From the NCBI RefSeq assembly GCF_035285525.1, contig NZ_JAYKGW010000175.1, positions 19,305 through 51,304 on the forward strand: a stretch of 32,000 nucleotides of DNA, given 5' to 3'. Origin of the DNA: Okeania sp. GTDB taxonomy: Bacteria > Cyanobacteriota > Cyanobacteriia > Cyanobacteriales > Microcoleaceae. The position numbers were made by a program, and so were the translations under genes. The notes under the pieces are model-generated. The model was not told where the DNA came from, ran no database searches, and was given only the letters and a program-made list of their open reading frames with translations. Position 1 is the first letter of the stretch. The number at the start of each line of letters is the position of its first letter. Of this stretch, positions 18,258-29,883 are shown piece by piece.

Positions 18258-18603
18258 AATTACCTTTTCCTAAAAGCTATACTTTATAAAAAACTCCTAA
18301 AATGCTTTCAAATGCAATCATTTTATAGATAAAAGTTTGACCAACTTTAGGTTGGAAAAAGTACCAGCTTTTAGGTGAAAAAGGTTAAAAAAGTTAGGGA
18401 AAAAGGATTCAGTAGAGCAGAAAAATTAAGAGAGAATTTTTCTGTACGGACGTGGCATAAGGACTTCCCTACTCTTCCATAACTCCGATTCCTCCTAACC
18501 TAAATTCCCCTCCTGGGATGGTTTAGGGGTGGGTTTGCTCCCTACTCCCTAAAAAAAATAGAATAGAAAAAACACTTTTTCAGCAAGCCCTAATTATTAA
18601 TTA

Positions 18604-19080
18604 TTAATTATTCATTGATAAAGAACATCCAGTTACTTTCTTGATAAATTCCGAAACTTTTTGATAAGCTTCTTTATCCCTATTCGGATTAATAATAATA
18701 TCTTTTTTACTATCTGGTAACCAGAAAGTTATCCGACCATTAGGTTCGCCAACAAATGTAGTAATACAGCTTAAATCTATTAACCATTCTTGACGTTCAT
18801 AAATAATTTTTACCCACCATTCATTATTAGTTTGCTCCCCTGTTTCAATCTTTTTTTTTAAATAAAATAGAACTGACTGATAGTCATGTTCACAATTTTG
18901 CTTGTTTAATGTAATTTCCTGACTGCTATTTGGCAGCCAAAAAGTTATCCGCTTATTTTCTTGACAAAAAAAAGCAGTAATACTATCAATATCGATCAAG
19001 TATATATTTCTTTCATAATTTATTTTAATCCAGTAGGCCACAAGTTCCCCCTCAGAGAAGCTCTCTCTGATTTCTTGCAT
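18604..19080 (-). CDS. Hypothetical protein built from two ~70-aa internal repeats
   Basis: The repeats are WIKINYERNIYLIDIDSITAFFCQENKRITFWLPNSSQEITLN and WVKIIYERQEWLIDLSCITTFVGEPNGRITFWLPDSKKDIIIN. No TM segment or signal peptide. No family recognised. Confidence 0.65.
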   Translation of the reverse strand: MQEIRESFSEGELVAYWIKINYERNIYLIDIDSITAFFCQENKRITFWLPNSSQEITLNKQNCEHDYQSVLFYLKKKIETGEQTNNEWWVKIIYERQEWLIDLSCITTFVGEPNGRITFWLPDSKKDIIINPNRDKEAYQKVSEFIKKVTGCSLSMNN

Positions 19081-19506
19081 TTCCTTACATCCTGCAAGTT
19101 ATCCTAACTAAAAGTTTAATAAACATTATTTATTTACTTTTGATATTGTCAGTCACTACCCAATAAAAAATATGGATTCTTTAGCAAAATTTTAGCATAA
19201 ATTCCTACTAAAATTTAAGGCATAATAGATAATAAAAACTATCTCTCAAATGAATCAGTCCAGTAGTTTAGTAGTGGACTCACACAGCTAATTTATGGGA
19301 ATAGATTTTAGGTGAAAGCTTTCACAGATCAGGGTTATCGCTCAATCATAATGCACCATTTTAGATGTAGGTTGGGTTGAGGGACGAAACAAGGGCAAAA
19401 ACCTTTCTCCCCTACTCCCTCACCCTCCTACTCCCTAATGCACTATTTTATTGAGGTAAACAATCCACTACTACTAATGTACTATTTTAGGTGAAACAAT
19501 TTACTA

Positions 19507-21477
<1,971 letters not shown>

Positions 21478-21619
21478 TATTTCCTCATAACTTATATGGC
21501 ACTACTCAATAAGTTATAATATTTCTCTATTGCCTATTTCTATTTATAACTTACAGCAGTTTCCGCCCGTTATGAGGTAAAGTTGTTTTTCTTCTTTTCT
21601 ATTCCCTGTTCCCTCAAAG

Positions 21620-21886
21620 CTAAAATTTAGCTTTAATAGTAAAATAATAATCTCCACCAGGTTCTAGTTGATAATCCCATTTTTCAAGAAACCTACCCAA
21701 AGGTTCTTGAATTAAGGCGCGACCTTGAGAAGGCTGAATAGAAAGAGTTTTTCCTTGTTTAAAACGCCATTTAAAATACCAACCAAAAGAACCTGCACTA
21801 ACCTCTCCTTCGATAGTGCCTTTTTGCCAAGACTGGCGAGTTACTCTAACATAAGCAATAGTTTCTGGTAAACTTTTAGAACTCAT
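21620..21886 (-). CDS. Hypothetical small protein (88 aa)
   Basis: ORF with an ATG at 21886 (MSSKSLPETIAYVRV...). The track start at 21895 is a TTG extension. Sequence is non-repetitive. No family confidently recognised. Confidence 0.55.
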   Translation of the reverse strand: MSSKSLPETIAYVRVTRQSWQKGTIEGEVSAGSFGWYFKWRFKQGKTLSIQPSQGRALIQEPLGRFLEKWDYQLEPGGDYYFTIKAKF

Positions 21887-22419
21887 TATTACCAATGAAT
21901 AATTGATAATGGATAATTGATAATTAATCTGTTCAGTATCAAACCTTTCCTAATACTAATCACGGATAATTAGGGTTGACTGATTAAATCTAAAAGTATT
22001 AACAGATCAAGTTGAAATCTTTAATTATGGGTGACACAAAGTGCCAAGAAATTACTAAATTAATCTTTAAAACTCTAGATTTTTCTGAGTCAAACTTGAA
22101 AAAATTAACACTTGCAAATATTGCCTATTGCCCCCATACCTATTCCCTAAACTCACCAACAGACTTTTTTTCTGCAAACCCTAATTATTTTTGAGCATAA
22201 TTATCCATCATCAATTAATGGAGAAATTCAAAAAAGGGAATACTTAAGTAGGGACAATCTTTGCTTTTTATTTTCTTATTTTTTGGCAAAATCCTGGTCT
22301 TCATAACTACAAAAAAAGTTAACACAGCATTATTTTAGTATTAAAATTAACTCTTGAGCCAAAATCTCTATAATTTCACTCTTTATCAAAAGTCTTGAAA
22401 ATACTTTTCAAGTAGTTAA

Positions 22420-23064
22420 TTAATCTTCTGATAAGGTAATAGTTCTATTGTTATAAAGACTCATAGCTTTTGCAACTCCTTGTTTGAGAGAAACTTCCAC
22501 CGTTTCTACAACTAAATCTAACATTTGAGTCATTAATTTGCTTTCTGTAGAACTAAACTTTCCTAAAACATGACTAATAGTTTTTGGGTCTCCACTTTCA
22601 GCACTAACATTTTTGGGTTTACCAATACCTATTCGTAAACGAGGAAACTCTTGAGTTCCCAAATGAGCGATCGCCGACTTCATCCCATTATGGCCTCCTG
22701 CTGAACCTGATAAACGTAGTCGCAGTCGCCCTACAGCTAAATCCATATCATCATATATTATTAATACAGAAGAATGTGGTAGTTTATACCAATCTACCAT
22801 CCCACGAATTGCTTCTCCCGATTTATTCATATAAGTTGAGGGTTTTAACAAGTAAACTTTTTCATTTTTTGTACTTTTACCCTCTCCTATTTCCCCTTTA
22901 AATTTGCGGTTTACTGATAAAGAAATTTGCCATAAATTAGCCATATAATCTATCGCAGCAAATCCAATATTATGCCGAGTTTGATCGTATTTTGGTTCTG
23001 GATTTCCCAAACCTACAATTAACTGAGGAGTCACTAAATTTTTTCCTGGCGCAACCTCTTTCAT
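22420..23064 (-). CDS. pth: Peptidyl-tRNA hydrolase
   Basis: LIVGLGNPEPKYDQTRHNIGF with the catalytic His context, and GGHNGMKS. Confidence 0.93.
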   Translation of the reverse strand: MKEVAPGKNLVTPQLIVGLGNPEPKYDQTRHNIGFAAIDYMANLWQISLSVNRKFKGEIGEGKSTKNEKVYLLKPSTYMNKSGEAIRGMVDWYKLPHSSVLIIYDDMDLAVGRLRLRLSGSAGGHNGMKSAIAHLGTQEFPRLRIGIGKPKNVSAESGDPKTISHVLGKFSSTESKLMTQMLDLVVETVEVSLKQGVAKAMSLYNNRTITLSED

Positions 23065-23444
23065 TCCCTTAAAATTAAAAAATTTATATCAAAACTACAA
23101 TAATCTTTTAGATTGGCTCAGGTCATTTTTATTTCTAAGTTTAAGAAATTAGCTTTAATTATTCAGCTACTAACATTCATAATTTTTTGTTTGGAAAAAA
23201 TGCTACACAAATACCTTTTTAACCTAATAACTTACTTAAGTTAGTTAGCAACCTTATTTATTAATAATTTTGAATTTTATTTCTCAAATAATAAGTTCAT
23301 AACTCATAGCTAACTGCTGAATACTTACCCAAAAATAAAGGTATAAAGCCTATCCATATTAAGGATAAAAAAAGTGCTAGAATATTTCATTCTATTCAAT
23401 TCCCTTAAGGTTTTAACCAGAGGTAATTATCAATCATCCATTAA

Positions 23445-23723
23445 TTAAGATTGGCTTTTCTGGGATAAATCTTGTGAGGAAGAAACATTTACCGCTTTTT
23501 CTGTTTCTGAGTCTGATTCGTATTTACTAACTTTAACCTCTTCTTCTAATTGTTTTGCTTCTCGTTTAAATTCATTCTCAAACTCTTTCGCTCCTGCCTT
23601 AAAACTATTTATTGCCTGTCCTAAACTCTTACCAATTTCCGGTAATTTCTTCGGGCCGAAAATCAACAGAGCTACTACTAAAATGACAACCATTTCTGGG
23701 AGACCAATACCAAATATATTCAT
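23445..23723 (-). CDS. tatA: Sec-independent translocase protein TatA/E
   Basis: MNIFGIGLPEMVVILVVALLIFGPKKLPEIGKSLG is the canonical TatA TM helix plus hinge plus amphipathic helix. An AGGAG lies 9 nt upstream of the ATG at 23723. The track start at 23762 was trimmed. Confidence 0.9.
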   Translation of the reverse strand: MNIFGIGLPEMVVILVVALLIFGPKKLPEIGKSLGQAINSFKAGAKEFENEFKREAKQLEEEVKVSKYESDSETEKAVNVSSSQDLSQKSQS

Positions 23724-23830
23724 CTTAATTTTTACTCCTAAATATTTGCTTGTAGTTGACATAAAACTAATAGTTAGGGCTGAAAAAATTCTAGTTAACT
23801 GAATTTCTTAGCCCTACACCTAAATTTAAT

Positions 23831-24034
23831 TTATTTAGTTAGATTTGCCCAGTCAACATCAACATTCTCTAACAACAAGGAAGAGTTGTAGATTTGTAGA
23901 ATAATCAACAAAAAGACAAAAAATAAGCCAATAAAAACGGCCATTAATAGTGTGGTTCCCCAACCAGGAGATACTTTACCATACTCTGAGTTTAAAGGTT
24001 TGAGGATGTCTCCTAATCCAGTTCTTTGTGCCAT
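23831..24034 (-). CDS. psbH: Photosystem II reaction centre protein H
   Basis: [28 protein letters not shown] followed by a single TM helix. This is the classic PsbH sequence. Confidence 0.95.
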   Translation of the reverse strand: MAQRTGLGDILKPLNSEYGKVSPGWGTTLLMAVFIGLFFVFLLIILQIYNSSLLLENVDVDWANLTK

Positions 24035-24121
24035 AGTTTTTGATTTAATCTATTTTCAGCAGAAAAATTTAATGTTTTGTAATATTGTATATGTATAACA
24101 CTCACAATTTTAATTAATTAT

Positions 24122-24253
24122 ATGGAACCTGCAACAGTTCTTAGTATTTCTATAGCTATCATGGTGGTGGCCATTACTGGATTTTCAGTTTATACAGCTT
24201 TTGGACCTCCATCAAAGGAATTAGCCGATCCTTTTGAAGATCATGAAGATTAA
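24122..24253 (+). CDS. psbN: PsbN (43 aa), absent from the supplied ORF track
   Basis: Manual translation gives [43 protein letters not shown]. It is divergent from psbH across 87 bp, which is the canonical psbN/psbH arrangement. Confidence 0.88.
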   Translation: MEPATVLSISIAIMVVAITGFSVYTAFGPPSKELADPFEDHED

Positions 24254-24457
24254 AGTTTTCTAGTAGGGAATAGGGAACAGTTGGAAAAGTTTTTTTCTAG
24301 TCTAATATCCATCATCAGTCCATGTCCTAATCGCCTTGTCGGTTACTATATGGAGATAAAAGGCCATTTCAGTTATCAGTTAGCCTCCTGCGGAAGAACT
24401 GGGTTAACAGTACCTCTGTCTAAAGCCCTATGATTGAAATACTAAATTGAAATTCTT

Positions 24458-24491
24458 TTATCCCCTGATCAAGGGGATAAGAAATTTTTTT
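24458..24491 (+). terminator. Candidate intrinsic terminator
   Basis: ttatcccc (24458-24465) pairs with ggggataa (24473-24480) around a 7-nt loop, followed by gaaattttttt. It lies about 205 nt downstream of psbN. Confidence 0.5.
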
Positions 24492-24970
24492 CATTCCCTA
24501 GAAAGAGCAGAGTCTAAATATCGTCCCTCTTTGATATGTCAAGCTAATTTTGATGGATGATAAACTGTCAAAAATTTTGACTAATAAGCTTTTCAATTTT
24601 GAAATACCCATCAATATGTAAAAGCACTAGAGAAAATTGATGGGGTAATAGTGTGATGGGGAGAAATGGTGAGATTAGTATGTTTCCACAATATGCTTGT
24701 ATTTCATATCAATATTCTCTGCTAAAAAAGACAGGACTAAAGCCACGGGAACCCAGAAACCCGGTACGAGCCTAGATTCTTACTGTTCAAAACAACCCAT
24801 TTCTCGTAGAAACCGGGTTTATTGGCCGCAGAAAGAATTAGCCCTACCTGGAAAGGGTAGGCATTCTATGAAATCTGGCAAAATACTTAAATTTTAGATA
24901 AGAACTGTAACAAAAAGCAGTTACAGTTAAAATGATAAATTAAACACTTTATATTCATAATCTAAATTTA

Positions 24971-26083
24971 ATGGGCAACGTATTTGGACATTTATTTCGG
25001 GTGACAACTTTCGGTGAATCCCATGGAGGAGGAGTAGGAGTTGTAATTGATGGTTGCCCACCAAAATTAAAAATAGATGTAGAAGAAATTCAATACGAGT
25101 TAGACCGTAGGCGACCAGGGCAAAGTAAAATTACTACACCTCGTAAAGAAACCGATACTTGTGAAATATTGTCTGGTATATTTCAAGGTCAAACCTTGGG
25201 TACACCAATTATGATTTTGGTCAGAAATAAGGATGCTCGTCCCCAGGATTATGAAGATATGGCTATTAAATATCGTCCCTCTCATGCTGATGCTACTTAT
25301 GATGCTAAATATGGTATAAGAAACTGGCAAGGTGGAGGTAGGTCTTCGGCTCGGGAAACAATTGGACGAGTAGCAGCAGGGGCGATCGCTAAAAAAATTC
25401 TGCGCATCTATTCTGGTATAGAAATTGTGGGGTATGTCAAGCGGATCAAAAATTTAGAAGCTGTGGTTGACCAAACTACAGTAACTATGGAACAAGTGGA
25501 AAGTAATATTGTTCGTTGTCCAGAAACAGAATGTGCTGAGAGAATGATTGAATTAGTTGAAGAAATACGAGACCTTGGAGATTCTGTGGGAGGTGTGGTA
25601 GAATGTATAGCCCGGAATTTACCAAAGGGTTTGGGTTCTCCTGTATTTGATAAACTAGAGGCAGATTTAGCTAAAGGTGTAATGTCTTTGCCGGCTAGCA
25701 AAGGATTTGAAATTGGTTCTGGTTTTGCAGGTACTACTTTGACGGGTAGCGAGCATAATGATGAATTTTATACCAACGAACATGGTGAAATTCGGACAGT
25801 AACTAACCGTTCTGGTGGGATACAGGGTGGGATTTCTAATGGTGAAAATATTGTATTGCGGGTGGCGTTTAAACCAACTGCTACAATAAGGAAGGAGCAA
25901 CGCACTGTTAGTCGCGAAGGTGAGGAGACATTTCTGGCAGCGAAGGGAAGACATGACCCTTGTGTTTTACCTAGAGCTGTACCTATGGTAGAAGCGATGG
26001 TGGCTTTAGTATTATGCGACCATTTATTACGTCATTATGGACAATGTAAGACCTTGAATCGGCAGTCAGCAGTCAATGTTTAG
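24971..26083 (+). CDS. aroC: Chorismate synthase
   Basis: [31 protein letters not shown], then [10 protein letters not shown] and GRHDPCV. Confidence 0.96.
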   Translation: MGNVFGHLFRVTTFGESHGGGVGVVIDGCPPKLKIDVEEIQYELDRRRPGQSKITTPRKETDTCEILSGIFQGQTLGTPIMILVRNKDARPQDYEDMAIKYRPSHADATYDAKYGIRNWQGGGRSSARETIGRVAAGAIAKKILRIYSGIEIVGYVKRIKNLEAVVDQTTVTMEQVESNIVRCPETECAERMIELVEEIRDLGDSVGGVVECIARNLPKGLGSPVFDKLEADLAKGVMSLPASKGFEIGSGFAGTTLTGSEHNDEFYTNEHGEIRTVTNRSGGIQGGISNGENIVLRVAFKPTATIRKEQRTVSREGEETFLAAKGRHDPCVLPRAVPMVEAMVALVLCDHLLRHYGQCKTLNRQSAVNV

Positions 26084-26515
26084 CAAGAGATTCAAACCCC
26101 TCTGCATATTTTCCAGTTGATATCAACTGGAGATTTAAACTAGATGGCTCAAAAGCTGATAGTTGGAAAGCGAATCATTCAGTTAGGAAATAGTAAAAGC
26201 TAGCTAGGGCGTATCATCAATTAAATAAGTTGACAAAAAGGCTACTCTCTGTTATGTAATGGCGATCGCTATTAAGTAGATTCAGATACAGCGAGCGCAC
26301 ACCTGAAATTATCCGGTCGGTAAGGGCGGGTTTATCCGTAGGGACGTTGCATAAAGGAGTCCGTACAATGAACGATTTTTCAAAAGTCGAGTTAGATAAA
26401 CCCGCTCCCCCAATGATGTAATGCACAGTTTAAGCTTTGTCAGTCTACTACTTTTGTTGATCGAGCTTCTAAGGTCTAATTGATGACACATCCTAGTTAA
26501 AGTAAGAAAATTTAT

Positions 26516-27424
26516 ATGGAAACTAAACCTTCTTCTGTAGTGCTAACCCAAGATAGTATTGATATTGCCAACTTATCTGAAAATATAGAGGATTTTGTAG
26601 TGAAATTCTGGGGAGTGCGAGGTAGTGTTCCGACTCCTGGAAAAGATACTGTGAGATATGGTGGAAATACTTCCTGCATAGAAATGAAAATCGCTGGTAA
26701 GCGTTTAATATTTGATGGAGGTACGGGGATACGAGAACTAGGGAAGGAATTAATGCAGGAAACCCCAGTAGAAGCTTATCTATTTTTTACTCATTATCAT
26801 TGGGACCATATTCAAGGTTTTCCTTTATTTGCCCCTGCTTTTACTCAAGGAAATTCTTTTCATATCTATGGGGCGATTCCTCCAGAGGGGGAGTCCATGA
26901 AACAGCATTTTATAGATAGAATATTACATTATAACTCTCCTGTGCCACTAAATGGTATGCAGGCGGACTTAAGATTTTATGAACTTGAGCATGGACAAAA
27001 AATGATGCTTGATGGTATAGAGATTGAGACTGGTTCTCTAAATCATCCTAATACAGCAATGGGCTATAGGGTGACATGGAATGGACGAACTGCTGTTTAT
27101 TGTTCTGATACAGAACATTTTCCTGATCGCTTGGATGAAAGTGTAGTTCATTTAGCCAGAGGTGCTGATATACTAATTTATGATGCTATGTATACTGATG
27201 ATGAGTATAATAATCCGAAGTCGTCGAAAGTTGGTTGGGGACATTCGACTTGGCAGGAAGCTATTAAGGTTGCTAAAGCTGCGCAGGTGAAACGAGTGGT
27301 AATTTTTCACCATGAACCAACTCATAGTGATGATTTTCTAGACCAAATGGCGGAAGAAGTTAAAGAGGCTTTTCCTATGGCAGTTATGGCAAAAGAAGGT
27401 TTGGTTTTACCAGTGGGGATTTAA
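26516..27424 (+). CDS. MBL-fold metallo-hydrolase
   Basis: FWGVRGSVPTPG, YGGNTSC, and the metal motif HYHWDHIQG with downstream D/H residues (CSDTEH, GHST, FHHEP). Confidence 0.85.
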   Translation: METKPSSVVLTQDSIDIANLSENIEDFVVKFWGVRGSVPTPGKDTVRYGGNTSCIEMKIAGKRLIFDGGTGIRELGKELMQETPVEAYLFFTHYHWDHIQGFPLFAPAFTQGNSFHIYGAIPPEGESMKQHFIDRILHYNSPVPLNGMQADLRFYELEHGQKMMLDGIEIETGSLNHPNTAMGYRVTWNGRTAVYCSDTEHFPDRLDESVVHLARGADILIYDAMYTDDEYNNPKSSKVGWGHSTWQEAIKVAKAAQVKRVVIFHHEPTHSDDFLDQMAEEVKEAFPMAVMAKEGLVLPVGI

Positions 27425-27430
27425 ATAAAA

Positions 27431-27872
27431 TTAGACTTCTCGAAGAAGTTGGCAAGAGGTAATGGGTAAAGGTCTTGAGAAAATTATATGAAATAAATAA
27501 TTTTTGACTTTTTGGCAGGAAGCTATTAAAGTTGTTAAAGTTGTTAAGGTGAAATGAGTGGTAATTTTTCACTACTAACCAACTGATACATAGTTAGTTA
27601 GTTAGTTGGGAAAGTTAGATTTCTCGAAGAAGTTAGTAAGAGGTAATGGGTAAAGGTCTTGAGAAAATTATATGAAATAAATAATTTTTGACTTTTTGGC
27701 AGGAAGCTATTAAAGTTGTTAAAGTTGCTAAGGTGAAACGAGTGGTAATTTTTCACCATGAACCAATTCATAGTTAGTTAGTTGGGAAGGTTAGATTTCT
27801 CGAAGAAGTTAGTAAGAGGTAATGGGTAAAGGTCTTGAGAAAAGTATATGAAATAAATAATTTTTGACTTTT
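27431..27872. repeat. Tandem array (184 + 176 + partial 82 bp) derived from the 3' end of the MBL hydrolase gene
   Basis: Unit starts ttaga[c/t]ttctcgaagaagtt are at 27431, 27615 and 27791. Each full unit contains tggcaggaagctattaaagttgttaaagttg.taaggtgaaa.gagtggtaatttttcac, which is homologous to coding positions 27247-27328. Confidence 0.88.
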
Positions 27873-27902
27873 ACTTTTGCCAGAGGTATATTAATAAGTA
27901 TT

Positions 27903-28030
27903 CAGCCATCAACTAAAAGAGGAATTAGTCTTTTAAAGAAAATTAAAAGTCCGACACACAAAAGATAGTCAGCTAAATTTAGTAAGTTATTACTTTCATG
28001 TTTTTTTGGTGAAGGATCATCCAAGATAAA
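27903..28030. repeat. ~125-bp dispersed element, copy 2 (partner at 10105-10228)
   Basis: Same orientation and high identity to copy 1. It lies 52 bp beyond the stop of the minus-strand gene ending at 28082. Confidence 0.8.
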
Positions 28031-28081
28031 GGTTTTTGGGAAGCATTCCACAGGAAATGCTTAGAGCTATCGTAAATTAGT

Positions 28082-28894
28082 TTAGTACAAATTTAATAAT
28101 TTGTTGCGATATTCTTTGCTTGTCGGATGATTATCTCCGAGAATGTGAAATATTGCCAGCATTGCTTTGCGAGGGCGGTCATCTTTATTTTTACGATTTT
28201 TACTAACTAGATCTAAAAATAATTCTAGTGCTAGTTCATAGTTTTCAGATAATGTCAGATTACAAGCTTTGACATAAATTTCATCTATACTATCATCTGG
28301 ATTTTCAACTTCTTCTTTAAGGTGAATTAAAGATTTTACTGCTTGTATTTGATGATAAAATTCGCGGTGATTTTCCCCAATAGATTCAATGAGCTTTTTT
28401 GCTTCTTCTAATTTATTTAAGTTTACTAGAAATTTAGCAGCTTCTATCACAATAGTAATATGATTAGGATATTTTTCAAAAAGCTGATCTAGAAGATTTT
28501 TGGCTTGTTCATGTTGACCTAATCTGATCAGATTTTGTAGTGCTTGTATATTTGTTTCTAATTCTGAGTGAAGATTAAGTTCCCCTAGAAAATTTCGTAA
28601 TTTTGGTTCTGAAAGAACTCCCACAAAACCAGGTTTAACTTTTCCTTCAGTGACAACTCTTACATCTGGTACTCCTTCAATACCATAAGTTTGAGCTAAA
28701 TCTGGACTCTGATCTACATCAACTTTGGCCAAGATAAAGTCATATTCGGGAACTAATTTTTCTAAAGTTGGTTTGAGCATTTTACATGGACCGCACCAAG
28801 TAGCATAAAAATCTACTAAAACTGTTTTTTTGTGGGATTTTTTTAATACTTCGGTAGCGAAGTTTGTTTTGTCAACGTCTATAGAGATGCCCAT
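28082..28894 (-). CDS. Thioredoxin-domain protein with a TPR-like C-terminal domain (YbbN/CnoX-like architecture)
   Basis: The N-terminal thioredoxin fold has an intact WCGPCK motif. The C-terminal ~170 aa are helical repeats (QHEQAKNLLDQLFEKYPNH, KLEEAKKLIESI). Confidence 0.85.
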   Translation of the reverse strand: MGISIDVDKTNFATEVLKKSHKKTVLVDFYATWCGPCKMLKPTLEKLVPEYDFILAKVDVDQSPDLAQTYGIEGVPDVRVVTEGKVKPGFVGVLSEPKLRNFLGELNLHSELETNIQALQNLIRLGQHEQAKNLLDQLFEKYPNHITIVIEAAKFLVNLNKLEEAKKLIESIGENHREFYHQIQAVKSLIHLKEEVENPDDSIDEIYVKACNLTLSENYELALELFLDLVSKNRKNKDDRPRKAMLAIFHILGDNHPTSKEYRNKLLNLY

Positions 28895-29883
28895 TGAATT
28901 ATGGAATTAGATTAGAATTATAGCAGTATGAAAGAATTTGTGAGAAAAAAGTTAGGTTTGGTCTGAAAATCCCTTTTCTCTTGGGTTTGAAGACCAAACC
29001 CCACATTTATAAATCTTACAATCTATTTAGGACTGTTATAGATTATTTTATATACTAACTATTATGCCTGAATGAAGCAAATTTTTGGTAATTTAAAGTT
29101 AAATTTTTTATTTAGAAAGTAGGGACACATAATTAATGGATAATGGATAATTGATAATTGATAATTAATAGATTCATTTTCAAGTCTCTCTTTTTCAGAG
29201 TAAGTAATCAGCTTTTAGCTATAAAATTTTAACTTTAAAGAGGAAGTTTTAATGAATATAGACTTGAAAGCTATAGCAATCTTATTCTATTTGTTTATGA
29301 AAATTTATTTCTAGTTTTTTAATTTTTACAACCTATTTAGAATTGCTATACCTTTTTTACTCAGATTTAATTTTGTAGAATCAGGCTTTTATCTCAAACT
29401 AAAATCAATACCTGAGAGCTGTTTCCGCAGCATTCCATAGGAAATGCTTACATACTTGCTCTCGGTTTTAATTAGAAGTAATTGGGATTTGCGTATGGAA
29501 ATATCAAAGCATTGATTGATAGATGAAAGTTTGAGCCTTTTTATGGGAAAAAAGTACCTATTTTTTAGCTATTGTTGTCTCAAAATGGTAAATTCTTGAC
29601 CCTGACAATGCTTAAAATCTTGCCGTAGCAGATAGTTAAAACTGTTCCCACCTTCTGTGTTCGATTCTTTCAATAATACTTTTTTAGCAAACCCTAATTA
29701 TTGATTGATACAGCAGTTTATGAAGCTATGAGGTACAGTTTTTTTCTGATTTTCTGTTCCCACCTTCTGTGTTCCATTCCCTCAAACCTAAAATTTTGTA
29801 CCTCACAACAACGGAAAGAGCTGTATGATTTAAACTCATTGATAACTGTTATTTTTCTTGATAAGTATTAAATCAATTAAATA

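Noticed and set aside
22012-22194. 60-aa plus-strand ORF
   Set aside because: It is an isolated ORF with no ribosome-binding context, and it ends in the dispersed ttttt(c)tgcaaaccctaattatt repeat. Probably spurious, although not strictly excluded.
24697-24897. 66-aa plus-strand ORF upstream of aroC
   Set aside because: It reads through GAAACCCGGT / GAAACCGGGTTT repeat copies (peptide KPGTS, RRNRVYW), which is a repeat translation.
25100-25954. Three minus-strand ORFs (25100..25330, 25408..25701, 25667..25954)
   Set aside because: They are antisense inside aroC, so they are shadow ORFs.
26217-26491. Two overlapping minus-strand ORFs (26217..26426, 26309..26491)
   Set aside because: They cover a MITE-like hairpin (ggcgggtttatc 26325-26336 pairing with gataaacccgc 26395-26405, with the gtagggacgttgcat core). 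The frames overlap each other and no motifs are present.
27384-27572. 62-aa minus-strand ORF
   Set aside because: It is antisense to the MBL gene end and the first tandem unit, and is extremely N/F/L-rich from AT-rich repeat sequence.
27247-27872. Diversity-generating retroelement (template and variable repeats) as an explanation for the gene-derived repeats
   Set aside because: No reverse transcriptase gene is nearby. Mismatches between coding and downstream copies are not restricted to adenine positions of one partner (C->T, G->A, G->T and C->A are all seen). The copies also carry stops and indels typical of decay.
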